Position numbers and translations under genes: made by a program. This document shows positions 48,775 to 61,914 of a DNA stretch of 64,000 nt, piece by piece (the stretch's first letter is position 1; every line of letters starts with the position of its first letter). The stretch covers positions 11,656,001 to 11,720,000 of the forward strand of contig NC_043014.1 of assembly GCF_006345805.1 (NCBI RefSeq), written 5' to 3'. This DNA is from Octopus sinensis. Taxonomy: Eukaryota. Under the pieces are notes generated by a model. That model was not told the DNA's origin. It made no database searches and was given only the letters and a program-made list of their open reading frames with translations.

Positions 48775-49172
48775 TTTTTTTACTCTTTTCCTTGTTTCAG
48801 TCATTTGACTGTGACCATGCTGGAGCACCGCCTTTAATCGAGCAAATCGACCCCAGGACTTATTCTTTGTAAGCCTAGTACTTATTCTATCGGTCTCTTT
48901 TGCCGAACCGCTAAGTTACGGGGACGTAAACACACCAGCATCGGTTGTCAAGCGATGTGGAGGGTACAAACACAGACACACATATACATATATATATATA
49001 CATATATACAACGGGCTTCTTTCAGTTTCCGTCTACCAAATCCCCTCACAAGGCTTTGGTCGGCCCGAGGCTATAGTAGAAGACACTTGCCCAAGGTGCC
49101 ACGCAGTGAGACTGAACCCAGAACCATGTGGTTCGTAAGAAAGCTACTTACCACACAGCCACTCCTACGCCT
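48775..49172 (-). mobile_element. SINE family A
   Basis: full reverse-complement copy. Confidence 0.9.
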
Positions 49173-49484
49173 ATAACCATCTGCGCTTCGTGAGAGAGGG
49201 AAGGGCTAATATACACTACAAAAAATGCTTAAAATAACCATGGGGGTCAATGTAGAGTTTTACATTCAGCAAATGCACCGGTTGTAGGAGAGGAACCAGT
49301 TGAAACGATCCGACCGGCAAAACAGTCGGATCTTTCCTGTTTGGCTTCAACTTTTCAATACCTTCAATTTTTTTCCAATCCATTTCAGATTTGGTGTATT
49401 GGTGTAGTTTTGTATACTAATTAGGTAAATGAAATTTTTTTTGCCATAAATTAATAACTAAAATGTTTAAAAAAAAAATAAATA

Positions 49485-49732
49485 AATGCGCCCTTTTCAA
49501 GCCTAGCCAGTCTCATGGGCCCGGTTTCCCGGTTTCTATGGCGTATGTGTTCCCCAGCTGGACTGGACGTTGTCCATCGCAGCGTTACTCATTTTTGCCA
49601 GCTGAGTGGACAGGAGCAACGTGAAATGAAATGTTTTGCTCAAGAACACAACGCGTCGTCCGGTCCAGGAATCGAAACCACAATCTTACGATCATGATGC
49701 TGACACCCTAACCACTAAGCCACGCGCCTTCA
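49485..49732 (-). mobile_element. SINE family C
   Basis: full reverse-complement copy. Confidence 0.9.
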
Positions 49733-50429
49733 CAACTAAAATGCTACTGGCTTTTAAATTTTCCGATCTGTTTGATCGCAAACTTTTGTTTTTGAATTCC
49801 GCTACAAAATATTTATGTTTACATGAACTGAACTAGTTTGGTTTTTCGTAACTTAACATTCAATTTCTTTCTCTCTTTTTTTTTGGGGGGGGGGGTAATT
49901 TTCCGCATTACATGCCTCTTCTAAAATTTCGTATGACTTTATTATAACTTTATTTCTTTAAAATTTTGTAGGAGAGGGAAAGACTGATCCACCACAAAAT
50001 GCTTAAAACAACATGCAGTCAATGTAGAGCTTTACGTTCAACAAATATTTTGTCGTTGTAATGTTATCATCATGCACAAAATGCCAGCTTTCAAATCCTG
50101 TTTTCTGACTGGGTAAAAAATTATCCAACTTTAAGCCTCTGTAACATTTTTCTAAAAAAAAAATTTCCGAAACAAGTGAATAACAACATCAAATTCAGCC
50201 TGAAAAAAGTTATATATTAATACACCAAATTTGAAAATTTTCTCTTAATTCTAAATCTTTAAAAATAAAGCCAAAGAGGAAAGACCCAAACAATTTGTTT
50301 CTTCACTTCGACAACACTCGCCCCAAAAGTGTTGACCAAAAAGTGCTATTCAAGAGATCTGTTGGGAATTTCTATGTTGACCAAAAGTGCTATTCAAGAG
50401 ATCTGTTGGGAATTTCTACTACACCCACT

Positions 50430-51085
50430 CAGGGCCGTATTAAGACCCATCGAGGCCCTAAGCACTTAGAAGATTTTGGTGCCCCCATAAAAGATTATGT
50501 AATTCAAAATATAAACAATAACAAACCAGAAAATAATTTTTTTTTATTTTTCAAAACGAAACAAAACAGTAAGAGGGAAAATAATGTTTATTTTTGTCTA
50601 CTTCCATTTTATTTATATTTGGAAAGTTTCCTCCTACTTTTCTGAATTGCAAAGTCTTTGATCAGATCCTCAAAATTAATCTTAGGTAACACATCTGCAT
50701 CTATACTTAGTAGAGATGAAGGCATTCCGAATATTATTTTAGCAAGTTTAAAGTCATTCATTTGTGCCGTAAACTATTTACCATTGACCATTTCTGTGGT
50801 GTCCCCTCCTTCCCTTGATGCCTTAAGCACGTGCTTATTTTGCTCAATGGTTAATCCAGTGCTGTGTGAGTGTTTATATATAGGTAATATATATATGTGC
50901 GTGCGGGGCCAGATTAAGATCTATCGAGGCCCTAAGCCCTTAAAAGATTTTGGTGCCCCCATAAAAGATTATGTCATTCAAAATATAAACAATAACAAAC
51001 CAGAAAATAAATTTTTATTTTTCAAAACGAAACAAAACAGTAAAAGGGAAAATAATGTTTATTTTTGTATACTTCCACTTTATAT
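50430..51085 (-). mobile_element. hAT transposon 3' end with duplicated terminal segment
   Basis: minus-strand SLLSIDADVLPKINFEDLIKDFAIQKSRRKL (hAT dimerisation tail, 50625-50740); CAGGGCCG..TTAAG terminus and about 180 bp repeated at 50430 and 50904. Confidence 0.72.
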
Positions 51086-52263
51086 TTGAAACATGCCAAG
51101 TGTTGGGAAAACGTTTACAAAAAACCACGTGCGTTTACAAAGTGATATTTTACGATGTATTTCCTGTGTGTACCCATCTTTTTCTGCTCTTAAAACTATT
51201 CTTATTTTTCGCATTCAATGCATATTGAATGCTTAAAACTACAAAATACGTGTTGTTTACTCGTTTTTTGGTCAGTTTTCGCTTATTAAATACTTAAAAC
51301 ACGTACTATCGTCGCAATGTTGACATCATTGTTTTGTTGTCTTAAAATTGCAGTCACACAGAAAATGACAGATTCCAAATCTTGTTTTCTGACTGGGGAA
51401 AAATTATTAAAATTTAAATCCCTGTAACTTAAAAAAAAAAAAAAAAATTCTGGAGAAAATGACTTAGACTTCAGCGTAAAAATTACACCGATACACCAAA
51501 TTTTAAAATTTTCACTTGATTTAAAAATTTAAAAAAGTGTAGTCAAGCATAAAAGATCGAATTAAAGGGGGTAAAAACGAACGAAAATATCTGACGACCC
51601 AATATTAGCGTAGCTAGAGTGTGTGCCGCCCAGGGTGGTCCTTCAGTGCCGCACGGGGTAAACTGCTCCCTCTAGCTATGTTAGTGGATATAAATATAAA
51701 TAAACGCGCGCATATCTATACTCACACACATGCACACATGCATGCACCACACACACCACACACACACACACCACACATTACATTTGGAAGCACTGTCCTT
51801 CCATTTATCATTTTTCTTTTATTCCTCCTTTTTCGCTTTTTTCCTTCCTTTCTTCCCACTCCTCATCATTTATATCCATCAATCTAAATCGCTTTACACT
51901 CAGAGACAATAACAGCCAACAACTTGGGCATTTGTCTATTCAGCCAGAACTTGTCATTCTTAAAAGTTAATCCCTAAAAGCAATTTCAATTCAGTTCTCA
52001 CATATTCCTATAGAATTACAAGAACATAGGAGTGGCTCTATTCGTACACACATATTTGTAACACACACCTGCGAATACCGAATTCTAATTATAACACCCC
52101 ACATTTCAAATTCCAATTTCAATTTACTTCTACCCCATCCCCGCACTCACCCAAACTTAACCTTTAGAGCAGGGGTTCTCAACCATTCTTTTTTCATCTA
52201 TGAACCCTTTGAGAACTATTTTATTCTGGTGGATCCCCATAGGCATTCATTGTTTAAAAACTA

Positions 52264-52420
52264 GAGTAAAGCTTATTTGCCAAATTAAAGGGTCAGTCCT
52301 GATTAGGACCAATGTCACTGTTATTTAGCCCCAGGAAAACATCGACTCCAGAGACGATAATAATAGCTACATTGGTCCTAATCAGAATTTCCACTTTATG
52401 TTGGCAAATAAGCTTTACTC
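52264..52420. mobile_element. 157-bp hairpin MITE flanked by TA
   Basis: GAGTAAAGCTTATTTGCCAA/TTGGCAAATAAGCTTTACTC plus inner CTGATTAGGACCAATGT/ACATTGGTCCTAATCAG. Confidence 0.88.
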
Positions 52421-52719
52421 TATTGTACTGTTGCTGCTTGTTTGTCGTTCAGAGATTTAGAACTAATAATTTCTCTGTTTAAAAACTAATTTTGAAGGAT
52501 ACCTCTTTCAAAACTCCTATTTTGTTTTTCACACATTAACTTGCGGATGTTGAACTATGTAAAATGTTAAACAAAGAAACTTGGCTGTTTCTTGCCATTA
52601 ATACCAATACAATAAAAAATTTACATGGGCCCTTAAAATTTTCATGGGCCCTTAAAATTTTCATGAGCACTTAAAATTTTCATGGACTCTTAAAATACTA
52701 TTGTGAATGCCCAATTTAC

Positions 52720-53645
52720 GGATCTTTTCATTTGTGAAGCCAGTTTTTTCAAATTTTTCCTACTGAACCAAACAATTTGAAACTTCGTATACTGGTAGAA
52801 TGTGTCAAAAGTAAACTTAATTGTAAACCAGAATGAAAACGGAATTGTAACTTCTAAGTTTAACATTGTTTAATAATTAGAATTTTAACCAATGGTATGC
52901 CGTCTTTCGGCTTCATATTATTTACTCCGTCTCGACCACCAATTTGGTGACGTAGTAAACATATGGTATGCAAACAAATGTAAACAAAACAATAACGATG
53001 AAATTTTTTACTCGGTGTATGTGTATATGTATGAATGTATGTATGTATGTATGAATGTATGTATGTATGTGTGTATGTATCTATGTATGTGTGTGTGTGT
53101 GTGGTGTATGTGTGTGTATGTATGTGTGTGTATGTATGTGTGTGTATGTATGTATGTATGTATGGCCGATTCGGTGTTTAGTTTTTTCGAGTGAATACTC
53201 GGTGTATGTGTATCTGTATGTATGTGTGTGCATGTGTGTGTGTGTGTATGTATCTATGTATGTGTGTGTATGTGTGTGTATGTATGTGTGTGTGTATGTA
53301 TGTATGTATGTATGGCCGATTCAGTGTTTAGTTTTTTCGAGTGAATACTCGGTGTATGTGTATCTGATGTATGTGTGTGTGTGTGTGTATGTATCTATGT
53401 ATGTTACCTCAAATGTGCACAGTTGCCTACGTCAAAAACTGCTTTCTACGTCACACTAACAGAATGCAGTAACGTATTAAATATGAAAACAAGCAATCTT
53501 ATTGGTTAAAATTCGCAGTTTTAATCTACGATTAAAGTCATAAAATAGATTTTTCTCAAATAAACTAGTTCCAACCTGTGTCTTGTTTTGAAACACTGTA
53601 CCAGCATACGAAGTTTCAAATTATTTAGTTAAGTAGAAAGATCTG
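52720..53645. mobile_element. MITE related to 24602-25010, with a duplicated microsatellite core
   Basis: GGATCTTTTC..AAACTTCGTATACTGGTAGAATGTG at the left end, inverted counterpart at 53590-53645. Confidence 0.7.
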
Positions 53646-53822
53646 GGCTCCTGGCCACACAATTGAAAAGATCCCAATTTACTATTTTGTTACATGGACC
53701 CCATAAAATCTTATATGGGCCCTTAGGGGCTACATGGACTCTGGTTGAGAACCACGGCTTTAGAGTTATTCCCATAAGTCTCTTTTTCTTCCCTGCGGCT
53801 ATTGGCGAGTCTTGGTGCAGAC

Positions 53823-54173
53823 CAGTGGATTCTCAACAATTTTTCATTTGTGAACCCCTCTTTGATTATTGTTTTATTCTGGTGGACCCCCATAGACAGT
53901 GGTGTTGTAAAAGCTAGTTCTATAAATGCTTCTTTCAAAATTCTTATTTCCTCATCACACAATTTCTTGTGTAGGTTGAACTATGTAAAACAGCAGAGAA
54001 AGAAAACTAGTTGTTCTTGAAAATAAATACATCTAAAAGTAAGTTTTTTTTTCTTAAAATACTATCGTGATCCTCAAATTACTATTTTGCTAGCGTGGAA
54101 TCCACCCCCACCCCCGCTAAAAAATCTTACATAGACACCCAGGAGTCATATAGACCCCGGTTGAGAACTACTG
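53823..54173. mobile_element. second copy of the hAT MITE
   Basis: CAGTGGATTCTCAAC ... GTTGAGAACTACTG; decayed TSD GTGCAGAC/GCGTAGAC. Confidence 0.8.
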
Positions 54174-54197
54174 GCGTAGACAGTCAACTTTTTATTC

Positions 54198-54650
54198 CAT
54201 GGAAAAATGCGAGCATGAAAAGTAATATTCTTAAAATTATAAACCTGGAAAAGTTCAGGACAAGCTCTTACTTCTAGTAAAGTAAAGAATAAGAAACTTT
54301 TTGCTTAAAATATTGCAGCAAAGAATGCCAGTTCTAATTTATCACTCTTTACAGTTCTCGTCTTTTAAATTTATTGTACAAAACTGTTCAGCTAATTAGT
54401 AAGTTTGTCTAATTAGTCACTTTTTTTCTGTATTTAAGGTAGTAAATTAGCCAAATTCTACTTAAATAAGTATAGTGTTATTTGTAAACTATAATACAAT
54501 AATTTTTGATATTCAAATTTTAATTTTAGCTGCAATACTTTAAGTAAAAAGTTTCTTATTCTTTACTTTACTAAAAGTAATAACTTGTCCTGTACTTTTC
54601 CAGGTTTATAATCTTAAGAATATTACTTTTCATGCTCGCATTTTCCCATG
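54198..54650. mobile_element. foldback or MITE with about 120-bp inverted arms
   Basis: 54198-54320 is the reverse complement of 54528-54650. Confidence 0.85.
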
Positions 54651-55707
54651 TAATCCATGATTTTTCCAGGCATTGCTATTATAAGATAATTAATAATGTG
54701 TCAATTAATAATTTAAGATTTTAACTTATAAAATACTGAAAGATGAATATTTCAATTTTTCCATGTAAGTGATGGTAATATTTCAATTTTTTTTCACGTT
54801 TATTTTAAATATATGTTGTGATTGAATTATTTGATATGTCTCATCCACATCAAATTAATGGCAGGAATTTTTACCATCTTGTTGGTTGCATTATGGCTCA
54901 CCAAAAATTACAAACAACAAGCCCTCAAAACCATCAGTTACCAGGCTCACGTTAAGTAACCTAGATTTTGAGTTGGTGATAATAACACTGACTGCTGCTA
55001 ATCTAGATCTATCAATAATTATTCAATACAACAGTAATTATAAAAGCATATCTGATACACACAAGTTAAAATTACATACATGCCATGATATAAATTTGAT
55101 TAGTGAAAAATCCTTTTTAATTAATTTTAAAATGTAAAAGTAAATTTGGAATATAAGCATTTTTAACCAGTGCCTTTTCTCGACAGCCTTACTACATTGC
55201 TTTTAAGTCTGCCCATAGAGACACAACCAAAAATTACTACATTCCTGCCCCAATAAATTTAGATGCATATATCTGAAGCATATAATGCATTAATGAACTA
55301 GTCTGATTAAATAATTAACTAAAAAGAAAGGGAAAGCAACTAAAAAGGAAAAACAAAAAAAGCAGAAAGCAAGTTAATTAAAGCTGAAAGAGAAAATTAA
55401 TAATTAAAGTTAAACTAATTCAACAGCATAATAAAAATAACTTTATTAAATATTTAATTAAAAAAATAAACTACACGAAAGGCAAAGTCGACCTCTTTTA
55501 CTACCTCTTGACAACTAGTGTTGCTTTGTATACGTCGCTATAACTTAACAGTTCGGTAAAAGACACCAATAGAATAAATATTAGTCTTGCTGTAAGCACT
55601 ACAGCTGATTTGTTCGACTAAACCCTTCAAGACAGTGCTGCAGCATGGCCGTGGTCGAATGACAGAACCAAATGAAGGATAACAAGTAAAGAGAAAAGAT
55701 ATGTTGA

Positions 55708-55884
55708 TAGGAGTGGCTGTGTGGTAAGTAGCTTGCTTACCAACCACATGGTTCTGGGTTCAGTCTCACTGCGTGGCACCTTGGGCAAGTGTCTTCTACT
55801 ATAACCTCGGGCCGACCAAAGCCTTGTGAGTGGATTTGGTAGACGGAAACTGAAAGAAGCCCGTCGTATATATGTATATATATA

Positions 55885-55915
<31 letters not shown>

Positions 55916-56140
55916 ATGTTTGTGTGTCTGTTTGTCTCCCCACGCCTAACATCGCTTGACAACCGATGCTGGTGTGTTTACGCCCCCGTAACCTAGCGGT
56001 TCGGCAAAATAGACCGATAGAATAAGTACTAGGCTTACAAAGAATAAGTCCTGGGGTTGATTTGCTCGACTAAAGGCGGTGCTCCAGCATGGCCGCAGTC
56101 AAATGACTGAAACAAGTAAAAGAGTAAAGAGAGAGTAAAG
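55708..56140 (+). mobile_element. SINE family A
   Basis: full-length copy. Confidence 0.9.
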
Positions 56141-56199
56141 TGTATGCTAATGCGCATAGGTCCAACCCAGGAATCACAAACGAAAAGTTGTAAGAATCA

Positions 56200-56530
56200 T
56201 CATCTTCATCATCAACATCATGATCATGATCATCATCATCATCATCATCGTTTAACGTTCGTTCTCCATGCTAGCATGGGTTGGAAGGTTCGACCGGGAT
56301 CTGGGAAACCAGAAGGCTGCACCAGACTCCAGTCTGATCTGGCTGTGTTTCTACAGCTGGATGCCCTTCCTAACGCCAACCACTCCGTGAGTGTAGTGGG
56401 TGCTTTTTACGTGCCATCAGCACAGGTGCCAAGCGAGGCTGGCAACGGTCACGATCGGATTGGTGCTTTTTACGTGCCACCAGCACAGGGATCACAACTA
56501 CAATTTCCATTGATTTTTGATGTTGGTGTA
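56200..56530 (-). mobile_element. RTE-type 3' tail element ending in (GAT)n
   Basis: GGATGCCCTTCCTAACGCCAACC motif, (CAT)n on plus, internal direct repeat GGTGCTTTTTACGTGCCA. Confidence 0.7.
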
Positions 56531-56859
56531 CTTGACTCAGTAGGAAAAGCTGTAAGAATCATTTAGAATTTTTCACTGTGCCATTGTATTTGGAGAATGC
56601 CAAATCTGTTTACCATGGCTCTTTCTTGGAGATCCCCAGCAAATCTGTTGCTACTTAACCCAGCGTACCTATGATAGTAAGTACAAATGAAATCTATAGC
56701 CGGGATATAAGAGCTGTAAATTTCTCGTTAGTTCATAGTAAATGCTTTTCCCTTGTTTTTGATGACACATTCATATCCGTTCGGCAGCTGATCTCTACAA
56801 CAGTGCATGAATTTTGCTCTTTGAATGTATGTATGTATGTATGTATGTATGTATGTATG

Positions 56860-56892
<33 letters not shown>

Positions 56893-57189
56893 GTATGTAT
56901 GTATGTATGTATGTATGTATGTATGTATGTATGTGTGTGTGTATGTGCGTGTGTGTGTATGTATGTATGCATGTATGTATGTATGTATGTATGTATGCTA
57001 TCTTTATAATTTTAATTTTTTGAATTCTTTCTTTTAGGAAGCAGCTGGTTTCTAACAAAGATGCAAAGCTCCATTGTTGGAATGTAGGTAACAAAAACAA
57101 ATCCATATTTTAAACTTGAGAAAAGTCTTGCATATTTTACCTGTTCCGCTTGCGGATTGCATTTGTTATGTGCAACTAAGCTTCACTCT

Positions 57190-57554
57190 TTTTTTTACTC
57201 CTCTACTTGTTTCAGTCATTTGACTGTGGCCATGCTGGAGCACCGCCTTTAGTCGAACAAATCAACTCCAGGACTTATTCTTTGTAAGCCTAGTACTTAT
57301 TCTATCTGTCTCTTTTGCCGAACCGCTAAGTTACGGTGACGTAAACACATCGGTTGTCAAGCAATGTTGGGGGTACAAACAGACACACAAACATATACAC
57401 ACACACATACATACATACATACATACATACAGACAGACAGACAGCATGCATACATGCATACATACATACATGCATACATACATGCATACATATATACATA
57501 CATGCATACATATATACATACATGCATACATACATACATACATACATACATACA

Positions 57555-57586
<32 letters not shown>

Positions 57587-57671
57587 CGACGGGGTTCTTT
57601 CAGTTTCCGTCTAAACCCGGAACTATGTGGTTCGTAAGCAAGCTACTTATCACACAGCCACTCCTACGCCT
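57190..57671 (-). mobile_element. SINE family A with expanded (CATA)n
   Basis: reverse-complement copy with a central deletion. Confidence 0.85.
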
Positions 57672-57867
57672 GTTATGTTATCTTTATATTTTTGATTATT
57701 TGAATTCTTTCTTTTAGGAAGCAGCTGGTTTCTGACAAAGATACAAAGCTCCATTGCTGGAATGTAAATAACAAAAACAAATCCACATTTTAAACTTGAG
57801 AAAAGTCTTGCATATTTTTCTTATTCCGCTTGCGGATTGCATTTGTTATGTGCAACTAAGCTTCACT

Positions 57868-58282
57868 CTTTACTCTTTACACTTATACTTGTTTCAGTCA
57901 TTTGACTGCGGCCATGCTGGAGCACCGCCTTTAGTCGACCAAATCGACCCCGGGAATTATTCTTTGTAAGCCCTGTACTTATTCTATCGGTCTCTTTTGC
58001 CGAACTGCTAAGTGACGGGGACGTAAACACACCAGCATCGGTTGTCAAGCAATGCTAGTGGGAGAAACACAGACACACAAACACACACGCACACATACAT
58101 ACATATATATATATATATACGACGGGCTTCTTTCAGTTTCCGTCTACCAAGTCCACTCACAAGGCTTTGGTCGGCCCGAGGTTATAGAAGAAGACACTTG
58201 CCCAAGGTGCCACGCAGTGGGACTGAACCAGGAACCATGTGGCTGGTAAGCAAGCTACTTACCACACAGCCACTCCTGCGCC
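57868..58282 (-). mobile_element. SINE family A
   Basis: full reverse-complement copy. Confidence 0.9.
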
Positions 58283-58984
58283 TGTATGCGCGTGTATTTT
58301 TTTTCATTTTTAATGCTTGCATTGTCTTTTAATATGTGAATATTTTATATCATATAGTCGTTGGTGTTGTTTAAAATAGAACTGTATGACTAAACAGGTA
58401 CAACACAGATTTTCCGGAACCTCTAGTCATAAAACCTTTCTAAAATTACTGACTTTTCCGAAGTAGGGGTAGTCACCTTGGTCAACATACTCTAAATTAA
58501 GCAACTATTAAATTTACTTAAATAGTTAAATGAAATATAGGTACCTGCAGATTGGCGTAAATTATTCTAAGTTATAAGAGGTTCAGAACTATGAGGGTCC
58601 GGAAAGTCTTCGTTGTAATGAGATTTGGCTGCGGTTTCTAGTAGACTATATTAATGAATCGGAATCTCACCGCGAGTTAAAACCATCGAAATTTCACAGT
58701 GTCCGTGTATCAGAATCATTTACAAGGCATTGGTTGGTCCGGAGCTCTAGTGGAAATCACTTGCCCAAGGTGTCACACAGCCGAGCTTCTTAACCACACA
58801 GTCAAGAACACCAGATAGATTTTTAAATAAGAACTTCTTAAAGGAGAAATTCGAAGAACTTTTCGAAAAATTTATGGGTGGAGATAATTCTGCCTTGTGT
58901 CGTTGAATTATGATGTGTTTATAGATCTGCACTTCCTAATATAAAATTACATACGTTTGCTGAAAACGACCGTTGTAAAACCAA

Positions 58985-59700
58985 AAATGTGCTTCGCTGA
59001 TGAAACTTTGTGAGTCATCTTGATATTTGATGACAACAAATCTCTTCAAATTTCAAAAATCTTTGTTAGGATTCTTACAGAATCTAGGATGGTATTTTTC
59101 TGCAGGTCCAATATCTTTCATTCTTTTACGCAGCATTTTGGGTGTTGTGCCAAGTGCACCAATTAGCACAGGAATAATTGTCTTGGTCTCCTCAGCTCAC
59201 TAACTAGATCCTGATATTTCTCAGTTTTTTCGATCTCTTTGGCTTCGTCCCTGTTATCATAGGGAAAAGCTAAGTCTATGATCCCATATTGTTTATTTTG
59301 CCCTCTATTATCATATCCGGTTTTATTGCTTCAAAAGTATGGTCAGTCTTTATGGGGAAAAAAACCCTATAAGATCCTGCATTTTGTCGCTGGTTTGCGT
59401 TCATACTACTTCTTTGTTATTTTGAAGCCACACACACAGCTGACACCCCAAAGCACTCTTTTACTTATACAGTCGTGCCTACGCTCATATTTTCGTCTAC
59501 TTTCCTGAAAAGTCTACATTTGTTGTCTGACTAAGCTTTGTCGATCTTTGCCTTTATCAGATTCTTTTCTAAAAACTTGTCCTGAGCGGCTATAATTAGT
59601 GTTTCCGCCTCTCATTCAAGGTTCCGTCCGTCAACCAGAATCAGCAGTTTTTACTTCCAGCATTTTCGGTTTGCTGCGTGAATTGGCCATGCATTTTTAT
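58985..59700 (-). mobile_element. R4/NeSL-type non-LTR retrotransposon 3' relic, copy b
   Basis: YERRHD..FPIKTDHTFEAIKPDMII..IIDLAFPYD..KEIEKTEKYQDL..IIPVLIGALG: restriction-like endonuclease motifs. Confidence 0.82.
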
Positions 59701-59719
59701 TTCTTTCCATTTGCTTGTT

Positions 59720-61060
59720 TTGTTGTTGTTGTTGTTGTTGTTGGTATATGTTTGACTTTTGCTTTGTATTTATACAAGTTGACTCCAAGTCTCACCCAGA
59801 GAGCTCAAGAGACAACAAGTTAGAAGTTCAAGTTGGTGTTATGACTAGGGTGTCATATATTTAGTTTTGCACAAAGTATTATTCTAGAGAATGTTTAATA
59901 ACACAAGAAAATTCTAAGTTTGTTTTAAAATTTGAGATTACATAGACAGTATTTTACGTAGGATATGGGAAATTCCCATGGGCATTATCTTTTGAATTCC
60001 TGCCATTTTGGGGTTTCCTGGTATCTGAGCTAGGTAGGAATCAGCCCCTTTTGCTATCATTCCTAGGGCACCTATGACAACAGGTATTGTTTTAGTCTTG
60101 AGGATCCACATTTTGCCAATTTCTATTTCAAGATCTTTGTACTTGCTCAGTTTTTGGTAGATCTTGACAGATACACTCATGTCGATTGGGACAGTCACAT
60201 GAATGAGGAGGCATGATTTTTGTCTGAAGTCCTTCAACATAATGTCTGACTTATTCTGTCAGTTTGAACGATGAAGTTCCAGAGGGGTGAGGTGTGGTCA
60301 TCTTCAAGCACTGGCGGTGGTTTGTGTTCCCACCAGTTTTATCATGGGGTAGGTCCAAGTTTTTGCAAATTACCCAGAGAATATACTGTGCTGCTCTATC
60401 ACGCCTGTTGAGATACTCTGTAGGCGCAAGAAGACAGAAGATGAAGACAACATGATCGATGGTTTCATTTTGTTGTTTACATACACGACATGCTGGGCTA
60501 CTGCCGTTCTTTAATATGTTGGCCCGGCAGCTCCTTGTAGGTAGGCATTGATCTTGGGCTGCTATGATAAATCCTTCTGTCTCTGAGTTAAGCCAGAAGA
60601 CACTAACAATTGATGGGTAAGGGCTTTGTCAATATCGGCATTATTAAATCTCTTTAAGTATTTGCCATTAAGAAGAATTTCTTGCCATTTATGAGTAAGG
60701 ATATCTAAGGCAGCAGTTTTAGCAAAGGTTTTCACATGCTTAGCTTTTTCTGTGCTTGTTTCCAGTACGTCTAATTCTGGGATTTGTTGTATTTGGAATT
60801 CACTTAGATACTTCTTTGCCTGTTTTCTTACTGAGTATGATTATTTCTTATTTTCATGCTTTAAGACAAATTTTAACATTCCACTCATCAGTTTTTCTGG
60901 TAGGTATTTAGGCTAATTGTGGTAATCTTCATTGTTAATTCCAGTTGTATAAATCCACACTCTCTTTTCTTGGTAGGTAGAGTCGTTCTATATCTGCCTT
61001 AGGGTGGTGCATTCTATGCATTGTCAACAAAATTATTTTTAATTTTGACTCTATATCTTA
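59720..61060 (-). mobile_element. R4/NeSL-type non-LTR retrotransposon 3' relic, copy a
   Basis: HPKADIERLYLPRKE..; KSCLLIHVTVPID..KLSKYKDLEIEIGKMW..IPVVIGALG; 3' UTR ends in (CAA)n. Confidence 0.9.
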
Positions 61061-61179
61061 AGGAGGAGTTACCTCAATCTTTTATATATTAACCAAAACG
61101 AAGTAGATTGACAAATTTATTTTTTGAACCAGTTGAAGACACACTAGATAACAATGGCACTCTTCTTTTAATTTTCACT

Positions 61180-61290
61180 ATAATAATAATAATAATAATG
61201 ATAATAATAATAATTATTATTATTATTAATATTATTATTATTATTATCATTATCATTATTATTAATTATTATTATTATTATTATTATTAC
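61180..61290. repeat. (AAT)n/(ATT)n microsatellite
   Basis: direct inspection. Confidence 0.95.
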
Positions 61291-61914
61291 ATTTGTCCAT
61301 CCTTACGTTCTGAGTTCAAATTCCGCCGAAGTCAGTTTCGCCTTTCGTCCTTCCGGGGTCGATAAAAAAAGTACCAGCTGAGTATTAGGATCAAATATCA
61401 GAGTTAACATCAAACTACATATATAATTATGAAAGCTAATTACATATGCTGCTACATCGAAAGCAGTGCATTATTGGAAGAGGGATTTTGAGCAAAATCG
61501 TATCGAGCATAAACAAATAAAAAGAAACGTCTGTAAGAGCCAAGTTGTGAATTAGCTTGATTATGTTGGCACACAGCCCAATTTAACATGTAAAGAGTGT
61601 AGGTTTGTCTAAGTGAAGCAGGCCTTAGAAGTCATCAGAGGAGACAAACACACAGGGGAGTTGTTAATTATGAATTATACGGCATCTTTGCTTGCTGGGA
61701 GTGTGGAAAAGAATGTGCATCAGGAGGAGGACTGAAATATAATATGAAGGTTCACTAAAATTGTATTCTAACACCTACTGCATGAGGCACCCGTCGTTAC
61801 CACATCTGTGTAAAAGAGTGTAAATCCCCAGCTGAACATGATCCCATGTTTAAGAGAACACTCAAGTGATGGTATTGTTTGAATTCAGTTGTGGCCATTC
61901 ATCGGATATATACA

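Larger units (their letters stand above)
52170..53757. mobile_element. hAT (Charlie-like) MITE carrying nested insertions
   Basis: TIR CAGGGGTTCTCAACC / GGTTGAGAACCACGG; 8-bp TSD CTTTAGAG on both sides. Confidence 0.88.

Noticed and set aside
57038-57087. Duplicated 50-nt exon (KQLVSNKDAKLHCWNV)
   Set aside because: The donor is lost in the second copy, and the sequence resembles a dispersed repeat tail.
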